The position numbers and the translations under genes were made by a program. The notes below the pieces were generated by a model, which made no database searches, was not told where the DNA came from, and saw only the letters and a program-made list of their open reading frames with translations. From Patiria miniata (lineage: Eukaryota), in NCBI RefSeq assembly GCF_015706575.1, contig NW_024037060.1, positions 2,728,515-2,792,514 on the forward strand: 64,000 nucleotides of DNA. The letters are read 5' to 3'. Of the stretch, positions 11,280-22,177 are shown in pieces (position 1 is the first letter of the stretch; every line of letters starts with the position of its first letter).

Positions 11280-14200
11280 GATGGCTGGATTAGTCTGAAT
11301 ATATTATAAACGATGCGACTTGCTCAAACCAGACCGCTCTAATGATCCAAGCTGTTCCAGTATTGGCGTACCAGGCATTGGGCCCGGATTGACGATGCAA
11401 TGTTAGTGTCTACGCTGCGCTGCCGTGCCAAAGTTCATTCGGGCGGCTCATGTACCAATCAGTTTATTTAGTTTGTGACGTTAACATTAATTGTATTTTT
11501 TTTGTTAGATTCCAGAAAAAAACCCGACCCAGTTCCAGTATTTGAGTTTGAACATTGAACGGGCTACGCCTTTTTTATGTGATTGTCATTATTTAAGTCA
11601 AGTGTGCGTGTACAAAAATGTCTTGTTTTTCGCAACAGTCTTGTCGTACACAAAATACCGAGGCTGCGCTTGGAGGGGTCCACTAAACAGGAAAAAATCA
11701 AGACCACGAAAAAGGGGATTTAAAAATGTTACGATTGTGAATGTATACGTCTGTTGATCATTCAGTTAGGGTTACATGAGGGGCCATTCAAACCATAGAG
11801 CTACAGAGATTACGGTGTGCCAGTTTTTTTTAGTGTTTTTTTTTAGACACGTCACATAAGTATGATTAATGGAGCCAAAGTACCTCCTCAGCAGTGGACG
11901 GTCAATTATCGACAGTGGCGGATCTGCGGTGAGGGGTATATAGGGTTTAATCCCCGGCAAAAAAAGGTAAATCATGCAAAAAAATCACAGGAAATGTCTC
12001 TTAACCCGCAGCTAACCCGCTCTTGATCTAAAACGGGATCCGCCCCTGATCTACCAATCACGACGAGTTGTGCCTGTAATTGTCTTTGAAGCAATTCGTT
12101 TCAGTGTGTCAATTAGTCCAGCCCCACTTTAGAAATCATGTTGCCCAAGAGGTAAGCTAGTCAAGGCATTGAACACAAAATGTATAATACGCGAACCGCC
12201 GCAAGAGGGCGTTATAAATCATAAAATCTCCCCCTGAAAAAGGAAGGAAACTACCGGTCTTGTTCACGCGTGACTTCTGCCGGAAAATACAGTCTATTCT
12301 CGGTCGCATGCATAATACATACGACGACAGAGCTACCATGGAGTTGCGTTAAGTCTGGTAGCATCTTGTATGTTACTGCATGGCGGAAATTTGGTAAGGG
12401 GCTGATATGCAATGTGTAGGATGCGCGCTGCATTAGGCAAAACCATAGATAATTAGGAGAGGGACCGGTCACGTGAGAGGGTTTAACCAATAAAAGGGAA
12501 AAAAGAGTCCGATTTTCATACGCGTCTGATTTCCATATGACACCGGTACCCATTCAGAGGACTGTCAATTATCGACGTGCGCGCGCATGACACAACCATA
12601 GATATAGAATAAAAAACTTATTCTATATATAATTATGGACACAACCCCTCAAGAATCAAGATTCCAAAGACGCTGTGATTGCGGTTCGTGGACAACAGCT
12701 CGTTCCCATGGTGCTGAGCAGTACGCTTCCACCACATAAAAGGCAATCAATAGAGGGCAGCACCCCGTACATTATTCAGTTCGGATTGCGTGTCCTGAAA
12801 GCTTTCAACAGGCAATTTCTTCAGAAATGTTCATATAAATATTCAGAAATGTTGCCTTCCGTAACCCATTTCCTCCCTAGACATTATGATACATCACCAC
12901 AGAGCACAACGCAAACCTTGCAGGAGATCTTTGGCAATTGTGCGGAAAACGCTTTGTTTTAAAATATGATTACCTTTCTTGGAAAATAGATAATACTTGA
13001 AAGAAATACGTTAATAGAAGACTTGTTTGGCTGACTTCAGTCGTTTTCATATACATGTGCCTAAATTATACGCAATATTTTACAAGAAAGGTTTCTTGTT
13101 AGACTATAAACTAATGACACTTTATAGACCTAAATTGGCTTAATTGAATAATATTGTAAAGTTTATCACGCACACAAACCATGCACAAACTTAATGTGGC
13201 CTGACGTACCAATCTTAAGATCTTCAGAGGCAACTATATTCTAGTTCCATAGTTCACAATTAGAAGCCATGTTGTTATACAGAGAACAGAGGCGCAATTT
13301 CCACATCCCCCTTACAATTTCAACAATGTTTTCATTAATTTAGGCGTAAGCAAAGAACATATTAATGAAAATGTGTACAATTTTAATAGCGGTAAACATG
13401 TCGAATAGATTGAACCGGTCGTTACAACGCTCGACTGGTTACCTCTATGAAGTGTTCTCTATTGTCATATCATATATTACCGACAAATCATGGCTGCTTG
13501 TGCATTATAAAGACTGCCCCTTGAAATGTTTCCACAGTAAATAACTTTTTTTTAATAATAGCATGAAGATTCCTTTGCTGGGAATTATTTATGATTCTGA
13601 GTTGATTCTTTGTCATCAGCACTTACGGAAATAAGTTCTATCAGAGCTTTCGGTATTCATCCAGCTGCATTTTTCAATGTGGCTTTTTTGAAGAATCGTA
13701 TCATAGAAAGAAAAAATTCCTTAGAAAAAAATTAATTGAGAACCTGCTTACAAATTCTAAGTAAGTATGTTCAGAATGAACAAACCAAAAGATCATCAAA
13801 AACTTAACTGCATAAAAATCCACACATTGCATTTGCATTTAGTATCGAAAGTTTTTTAGTTAATAAGTGAAGTAGCTAGTTTTATATCCTTTATACAGCT
13901 TTTTTTTTTTAATGTAGCAAGTCAAACAACATTTTTGTCTGAGTATGCTAAATCGGTTTTGCAAAAGAAATTAACATGAGATGATAAAGTGTTTCACAAC
14001 CCTTGACAGGATTTTTGTTCTGTGTGATTTGGACCTGTTTTAAAAGTTACGCCAAATATTGTAATCAAAATCTGTTTTGTTCATTTTTCAGATCAGGTAT
14101 CTTAAGAAAAGCATTCACACACCTTCTTGGTATGTGAATGCCTTTTATTAAATACAAGATAATTTGAAAAGTGGTTCAACCTGGAATGAGATAAGATAAA

Positions 14201-14450
14201 GACCAATATGTAGAGTATTTACTATACCTTTAAACTCTATAGATACGTTTTTTTAAATTTATATTTATGGATTGACTGCTACAGTTTCATTGAAAAAAGC
14301 TGTAGATTTGCAATACACATTTCTCTTGACAACTGTATTTCAGAAATGGGAACTTTACAAAATAGTAGAGGGCAGCAGTATTTCAGTATTCAGTTCGCAC
14401 CGCGTTGCGATTCTTTTCAAGCACTTTCTTTTTTTGCCCATTAATGCATG

Positions 14451-17400
14451 ATCTTACTCTTCCTCAGGTTTGCATTTCTTTGGGATGAGACACGTGATGC
14501 CAATAATGATGACAGCGAAGACGGCGTATCCACTGAAGATACCAGCTAGCTGACCCGAAGACCAGTACGAGAGGAGCGGAGGTGCTGTAAGATCGATAAA
14601 GGAATAACGAGACAGATGCATCAAAGCAATAATTGTGGCCAAATTCAACTGGAACTACGTACCCTCTAAATGACTGCTCCGTTGTAATAAACACTAACGC
14701 TCACGCCATATCAACTTTCTGTTTTATTGGCTCATTAATTAGAAAGCAACCAAAAGCAAGGTTTAATAGTTAACATCATAACATAAGCTGTATACAAGTT
14801 GCAACGAAAAGAATCTCAGTTTGGGTGGACTGAGATCTGTCAAATAGCAATAAACAAAAGAATCTAAAAAAACCCAAATATAATATAATATAGTATAAAT
14901 AGCCACACAAAATTCCCCTCTCAATGGAACGAATATTTTTTGTTACCGCATAGTACGCTGTTCTCGTCCTCCTTGTTAAGGCATTCAGAGAACCCATCGC
15001 AGAGGGCGGTCTCGTAAACGCATTGAAAACCAAAGCCCGTATCACACTGAACATCAGAGGGGCAATTAGCTGAAAATTAGCGGATCAGACAGGAGGTAAG
15101 GCAAGCGGTGTCAACATGTGTACCGGTCTAAAATCCTTGTAGCGTATCAAACTAGCCCTTAAAAAACTTTGGAATTTAACTTGCAGCTTGTTATCAGATC
15201 TAGCTGTAAAATGTTGTAAAAAACATGTACATTCAACCGACTAGTATCAATATCTTCTTCCTGTTGTAAAAACAATGGGTATTTTTGACCCGACATTCTT
15301 CTGGGTCAAAATGAGGGGTTTTTGGTGTCCAAATGACACTTTCCAGGTTAAATGGCCCGGAAAAGGGACTTCAAGAAGTTTCACGAATCAGGTAAAATCT
15401 GATATGGCTCTTCCAGTGGGATCTGATTTGGGGGCTTTTGTCCGCCTTGCTCTGCAAGTCGTCAACGCTTTCAAGTGGAATATTGCTTTTAAAGAAAACA
15501 CGAGGGCACATTTGGCTATTCATGGTCAGGTATGGAACGTCTTTTAAAATTAGATACTTACTGCATAACCAGGAGGTTTCGTCCGCAGTATTCATGCAAT
15601 CACGCTTAGAATTGCAAATGGCAGAAGACGGCAAACACTCAAAGTCGCCCGTGAAATTGTAGCAATAAAACTTAGAGGGACAATCTGAGTTGAATAAAAA
15701 AGAAATGACTTCAACCCTTCGGTTTAATAGGCACAGCGATATTCATGACGAAAAAGAAAAATGCTCGAGTTCAAAGACTGCTTTCTGGTAATATTCTTAC
15801 AATAACAGACTAACCTGAAGTGGCATCCATCAATATTGGGACAAAATAAATATATAAGCGTAAATCCAGACATTAATTTGAATGATATATGATTTTAATC
15901 GCTACTCTCCAAATTCCAAAGAGTGACAATTCACTCCATTCGAGTGAAGATTCACTCCCACAGTCGGAAACTAGGGACTGGACGTTTTAGAGTGAAATTT
16001 CTTCAATCGTAAAGATCGAGTTTTCACTCGAGCTTCGACTGAAGTGGTTATTTTTCAGACTATTTCAATTGAAAAATTAATGAGAGTGATTTTCACTCTA
16101 AAACGTCTAGTCCCTAATTTCACTCTTGGGAATTTAGAGAGTACATCTCACTATACATTTGGGAAAGTAATGGACCATACAACTTAGGCTATATGGTAAC
16201 CGCCAAAGTAACCCCATAAAATAATAGAATTGATTTACCTTTGCTGCACAATGCAGTGTCTTCGTCTTCATCAAATTTGCAGTTTTGCCAGCCGTTGCAA
16301 ACATTATACTGTTCCGTGCACTGATATTGTCCCCATGTATTCAGGCAATGAAGGCCATCGCAGTCTAAAACAGACGACATATGAAACACAAGAACATCAG
16401 GTGTCACTGTGATTACCTTTAGCATTTTCATCGCATGGCCGATGAAATTTCCTTGCTTTTTGCTGTTATATTTGCATATGTGTATGGATCACCGTTATCT
16501 CCTGTCACCACTGTCGACATCGTTTTAATCAACATTATCCGCATGTATTGGAGTATGCAAACCTTTCTAAATCTTCCTTTCTTTTTTCACTCCTCCACGT
16601 TTGTTGGTAGAGTAGTTCGCACATGCTTTGTGCATTGGTAAACGTTTCCACAATCTATCCTGGAAATTGTATGCGATGACTCCTTACAATATCAAAAGTA
16701 GGGGGAACTTGGACTAACGTTGATTCCATTAATTTAGTTGTTGGTAGAGTAGAGTAGTTCGCACATACTATATTTTATATAATATGGCGTTTCTAAGCTA
16801 GAGGTGCTACATTGGTAATCTTCACAGAAGTAAAGTATGGAAGAAATCTTCACACAAGGGGATATTCTGGGGAAGATGTTCAGGGTATTGCAACCAAATA
16901 CAATGAGCTATGTTTTAGGTAAACTTGCCCGCAATCTTTCCTGGATATATTTTATGAGATCGCTCCTTACAAATACTAAAAGGAGCTCCTTGAAAACTTG
17001 CCCGGGTTAATTTACCCAAGCATGGGTGAAAACTGCAACTACCCAAAATTGGGTTGTCCTTTACCCAATTATTTGGGTTAGAATTTCTGGTAAATTCAAC
17101 CAAAACTTGTGGTCATACCAGACTAAATTTAATTTGGTCTTAACTTATGTTGAATTTACCAGAAATTCTAACCCAAATAATTGGGTAAAGGACAACCCAA
17201 TTTTGGGTAGTTGCAGTTTTCACCCTTGCTTGGGTAAAATTAACCCATACAGGCAATTTTTCAGCGGGGGGTTTGGACTTTTCAACGTTGATTCGATGAA
17301 TTCCGTTTCGGTATACTCACCGCAACGCGCATCGGTCTCATCTTCTCCATTTATGCAATCAGTCACCCCGTCACACATGGACAGCACAGGAACGCATGAG

Positions 17401-20225
17401 TCTGTGGTGCCGTCGTTCAAGACACATTTGACGCCAGAATGACAAACCAAAGCTGAAATAATAATAGTCAAGAAAACTATTGAGGGCACTGTGTCACCTA
17501 AACTCATGATAGGCCGAGTCTGAATTGGTTGGCTATGGCTTGTTTGGACTTACTGCAGTTTTTCTCGTCGCTGCCATCACGACAATCGACGATGCCGTCA
17601 CATTGCTGGGATTTCCGATAGCACGCCTTACCGTCGTTGCACTTGTAGTAATACAGGTAATCACAGACAACTGCCAAGAAGCAGAAAAAATGTAAAATGT
17701 TACCTTGGCTGTCACAGTTTTGTAGGTCTGAGGTTAGCAAGGTAGTTGCTCGAATGGGCCAGGCGGGAACAATATATAATGTAGCCATCTCGTGAGAATA
17801 AAAAAAAAAGACATGTTATTAAAAAGAACTTTGAAAAAGATCGTCTTAAAATACGTTTTTTTGAGATAAGACCACTGTGGGGCATATTCAATTGAGGGCG
17901 CTATTTTTGTTTCCGACAGTTTTAAGGTCATAAGGTGTATGGTTTTGAAGACTGCGTGACCCATCTCACACTCTTTTAGGAAAGTTTAATTAGGGAAGCA
18001 CAAAGACTTCTGGGTCTAACATGAGCTCGTGAAGTGTCGTCCCTGTCCGAAAGAGGGCTGCAAAGAAATAAACCCCTCACCATAGATTTGATAGGGCAGT
18101 GGTTACGTGCGATCGCGAATGAACGAAGTGACAGAATAAGTGAGATTTGATACCCTCTGATGTAGCATCAATGACCATCGCTGCTCCTAGTCCTTTGATC
18201 CGTCCATCCGTCTCAAACCTTATCGTAAGGAGACGTCCCATATTTTGAAACTGGAAATACTCATTGCGGTCGTTTTTACCGCATACGCCGTCGTTGTATG
18301 AACTGCCATCAGCCCAGCTGGAGTTATAGAAAGTTAGGCAGTCCGAACCGGTCACAAAGGCTGTCGATTGAACTCGGGCGTAGAACATATAGTCCGGGTC
18401 GGTGCGAAGGGTCACGGTGCAGTCCATCGGTTTGCCGTTGAGGTCGTCCCGGTTGGTGTGAAGCCAGATGGCCGTATCCGGACGAACCACTGTGTCTAAT
18501 GTACAGTTGTCAGACATGAAGAAGTTAGCTGTGGTGTTTGGAATAAAAGAAAACATCAAAAATCATGATGCGAGAATAAATTTGGATCCATTTTTAAGGA
18601 AGTTAATACTGAGGTGCCGAGTATACTATACACTCTAAAAACAACTTAGTCAAAATATTGACTGGTTTTCCTAGTTATTGAAAATTGACTAGCAATTTAG
18701 TAAAACATGCAAAGTTTCATATACTGTGACTAGAAAAAGTAGTTGGGTTCGACTCGAAATTCAGTTATTGGCATAACTATTTTTCCCAAGTCAATAATAC
18801 TGACTGGAAAAATCTAGTCAGATTGACTGATTTTCAGTTGCACCCAGCTGACCCTGAATGGCTAGTCATATTTAACTGGTTTCTAGTCAAATCTGACTAA
18901 TGCTTTTTTAGAGTGTAGAGTTTTGTGAGGTTTTACTTCATGTCAATGTAAACATGTCGTCACCGTTTCTGACGAAGTGACGAGTTCGTCTAAAGCTGGT
19001 ACGTATAATTTAATGCAACAAAAAAACCCAGATTTTTAATGTTGTCGGGAATCGGCCATCAAGATTTCAATCAAAAACATCGTAATTGTTAAAGTTTTTT
19101 TTTTTTTAACTGTACACGAATAGCAAAGTAGATGCTAAGAGATTTAAAAGATATATATACAGTACCTTCCACCTCAATCGGCGTAATGTCAAACGTGAAT
19201 CCTCGATAACGCAAGTCACCAGAAATGACGGTTGTAAAACGTATCAGAATTGCCGGCCCAGTCGTCAGGAAGCTAGCTTTACCGTAGAAATAGCCACATC
19301 GGTGAAGGTTTAGACTAGCCTCGCTAGTCGCGCCGTCGTATAGCGTCAGACAATCATTATTATTCAACCGGACGAAGTTCCCGCCCCCTCCGACATGGAA
19401 AAGCGCCGGGTTGCGATAGGTGAGTACCAGTGAGCAGTTGACGCCCCGGTCGTAATCTTCGTCAGACTGGGACTTGACAACCACGGAGGAGCCGTAAGAC
19501 ACGATGTCAGTCAGGTCAATGGGATCGTCCTGGCTATATACGCAGGCGCCTTTGTCGTACATGAAATACGTAACTGTAGGAGAGAAAGGGTTGTTACCAC
19601 ATGAACATTTGTCTGGTGCTTCAATTTTGACATGAGTGTTCAAAAAGAAGTTCATTATTCTCGACATGCACTATAGATATACATAACAAGTCGTGGATTT
19701 GGCGGGGATTGGAGTTGTATGAAGTCTAACAAACCAACCCCCACGAAAAAATATACAACATAATGACTAATGTCTTAAAATACTATGAATATCTCAATGA
19801 AAGCCCTGCTTGAAAATCCAGTCACTGTATTTATTTTTGGAAGATTTGTTTTCTCGATAATCAGGCCATGACAATTACTATATACTACCAGGTACTCACA
19901 TTTATAAATACAAATTAAATAAGGCGTCCTCGAAAAAAGAAAATGGTAAAACGTTTTTTTCCTGATTGTGATCAAATATCCTAAAATCAGAAAAAAATAA
20001 GTTTAAGTAGTTTTCAATAATGTTGCTCCCCCACCAGTGCCCGCTTTTCCAAACATTTGTTTGGGCACGAAAATGTTTTGACTTACAATTGTGCTACTCC
20101 TATTCCTGCGTAAAAGTCCGGATACTAATGCCACCCTCAAATAAAAGAACCTCACCTTTAGAACACTCTGACAATCCAGTCGTCATCAGCAAGACAAGAC
20201 TGCAAAAGATTCTGATACCCGTCAT
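14451..20225 (-). CDS. Gene B: tandem paralogue of gene A with a signal peptide, 2 CUB domains, 5 LDLa repeats, a TM helix and a tail. Exons on the minus strand: 20156..20225 ([24 protein letters not shown], donor GTGAGG); 19166..19573 (CUB1); 18154..18528 (CUB2); ~17545..17665 (LDLa); ~17310..17440 (LDLa); ~16250..16380 (LDLa); 15562..15684 (LDLa); 14948..15069 (LDLa); 14451..14583 (TM + tail + stop).
   Basis: The architecture and exon order match gene A. CUB1 aligns with gene A ([34 protein letters not shown] vs SDEYFLYKNGACAHNDGTSIDISSVPLGSSVKV). LDLa motifs are [72 protein letters not shown] and [18 protein letters not shown]. The TM exon [40 protein letters not shown] is about 85% identical to gene A's at the nucleotide level. 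Acceptors (ttacag, cacag, ctcag, tttcag) and donors (GTAAGT, GTATCA, GTACTG, GTAACA) were checked by eye. Confidence 0.8.
15905..16140. mobile_element. MITE-like element family 3, about 236 bp, with 13-bp TIR ctctccaaattcc…gggaatttagagag and an internal long inverted repeat (tagggactagacgttttagagtgaaa … ttttcactctaaaacgtctagtccctaa). Located in a gene B intron.
   Basis: An inverted-orientation copy lies at 21464..21694. Degenerate relatives are at 25640..25830 and 5025..5110 (shared cgagttttcactcgag core). Confidence 0.7.
17001..17243. repeat. Foldback element: a near-perfect palindrome with roughly 100-bp arms (gggttaatttacccaagc…ggtaaattcaac / gttgaatttacc…gcttgggtaaaattaaccc) around a loop of about 40 bp.
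   Basis: The two arms are reverse complements, checked base by base with 1-2 mismatches. It lies about 45 bp 3' of a gene B LDLa exon and gives the spurious plus-strand ORF 17026..17442. Confidence 0.85.
18628..18920. mobile_element. MITE family 4, about 293 bp, TIR tacactctaaaaa…tttttagagtgta. Located in the gene B intron between the CUB exons.
   Basis: A near-identical copy (>95%) is at 55001..55290 in the same orientation, which suggests recent transposition. Confidence 0.8.
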
Positions 20226-21050
20226 GACTTTCTCCTTGATTGAAACAGTCCACACGATTGCCGTATATGATTGTCACCACTCCTATCGAATGCTGTCAAC
20301 TGAACTACATGCATATAACCCAAACCTTTACCTCGGTGATTATGTTGATGTCTAACTCTAATTATAGCGGGTCATCAATGCAATGATCAAAGGCTAGATC
20401 AAAGTCCATTTTGGTAGCCGCATTACCTTTGGAATTGACCTACCTATTGTGACCTCCCTCAGTTTGATGACCGAACAATGACACGTTGTTAGCTTTGGGA
20501 TAGCAGCTCAATGTTATAGTCCGTTGGTTAGTTGGTAACAAAATGTTGACATTGACTATTGCTCCTATTATTTTGACCGATTGCAAATTCTGAACCCCCT
20601 ACCCCCCCCCCCAGATCCCCCACTGAAGCGCGGTCTTGAACAAGACTAGTCCTACTGGCCCAAAGCTTAAAAAAGAGAACTTTCTTACAAGATTGTTATT
20701 ACATGTACATTACATGAATCCAGAGAAATTCTGTCAAACGAGTGTATGCCAAGCTACTGGTACCTTGTCATGCATCATGAAGAACGATGTGTTACATCCT
20801 GTCATTTAGGACACCTGCTAATATTGATATGGTTTTCTGCACCCTTCCCGGTACCACTTAGGTCCAAGTTTATTACTTTGCCGTCAAATGCACTGAAAGC
20901 CTTTTCCAATTTTTTTTTAAAATTTGATCACTGAATAGTACATAAAAAGTAAGATTACAATATATTCTAAGAAAATACGTTTAAAAAAGAAAATGTGAAA
21001 TGCTGAACTGTCATTAATTACGCAATATTTATTTATTAATTTCTTAAAGT

Positions 21051-21150
21051 CGGTATATATACGTGCTTCTAAAAAAAAAAAAAAAGGTATATATACGTGC
21101 TTCTAAAAAAAAAAAAAAAGGTATATATACGTGCTTCTAAAAAACCCAAA
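21051..21150. repeat. Tandem repeat: 3 copies of a 33-34-bp unit (ggtatatatacgtgcttctaaaaaaaaaaaaaaa).
   Basis: Read directly; the third copy diverges in the poly-A tail. Confidence 0.9.
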
Positions 21151-21463
21151 AATTAGATATTTCTTTTTCGAACGAAATTTAAAGGAACATAATGTCCTGT
21201 AAACATATACATTTGCGTGTTTGTTTTTGCAGGCCCTTATACAGTTTTAAAAAGTGGTTTAAAGTGGCGCGCTCTAGTTCAGAAATGTCGCATCCCGCTC
21301 TTAATTCATAAGTTGAAATTATTTAATTGATAACTTGTCGAAGGCCGATTTTGTTCGCGCGATGTCTCATTGGATCGGAAAGCTCATAACCTATGGAATT
21401 GGTAGAAAATTATCAATTCAATTTGAAAATCTATTTTTCCAGGTGCCACATCAAAAAGCCTGC

Positions 21464-21694
21464 TCTCTAAATTCCAAATAGTGAAATTAGGGACTAGACG
21501 TTTTAGAGTGAAAACCACTCTCATTTTAGATTGAAATAGTCTGAAAAATGAACCACTTCAGTCGAAGCTCGAGTGAAAAATGGATCTTTACGATTGAAGA
21601 AATTTCTCTCTGAAACGTCTAGTCCCTAGTTTCCGACTGTGGGAGTGAATCTTCACTCGAATTGAGTAAATTGTCACTCTTCGGAATTTAGAGA
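21464..21694. mobile_element. MITE family 3, second copy, in reverse orientation relative to 15905..16140. It sits about 1.2 kb upstream of the gene B ATG.
   Basis: This sequence is the reverse complement of the 15905..16140 copy, with few mismatches. Confidence 0.7.
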
Positions 21695-22177
21695 TTGTAT
21701 ATACCAACCATAAGCTTGTTTTTTTAACCAGCATTTAATAACGTGTTATTCACAATCCGCACAAATTGTATTTATCACTCAACATAGGCATTTAAATGTA
21801 CTTTTTATAGAGTTTGTAAGGAATATTTCAACTCAATATTAATTACTAACTACAAACTGGTTTCGTATTCGGAAGATGTTTCTGTTAGTTTTAATAGGGC
21901 CTGCTGAAAATCTGCTCTAACTGTTTTTCAAGAAATCTCAATACTGAATTTAAGTTAGAACAAGCTCCTTTGAATGTAATTCGATTCTGTGCCAAGGGTC
22001 GAATTGGTGCCTTCATTCCATTCAAACAACACTTGTTAAAGTCTCAATGTTACATTAATTTTTTTTAATTAAAATTGATAACTATGTCAATAATCAATAC
22101 CTCTAGAACATTTACACAAAAATATTAACTGCACTGAAATTCATAAGACCTTACAGCATTACAAAATCTAAATGTTG

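Noticed and set aside
12251-12962. ORFs 12251..12553 (-) and 12675..12962 (+) in the gene A/gene B intergenic region
   Set aside because: No recognisable domains, no splice or start context, and short ORFs are expected by chance. I could not support them as genes. The region may hold gene A's promoter.
17026-17442. 138-aa plus-strand ORF
   Set aside because: It is made by reading through the 240-bp foldback palindrome and the antisense of an LDLa exon. Its sequence is low-complexity ([20 protein letters not shown] repeated because of the palindrome).
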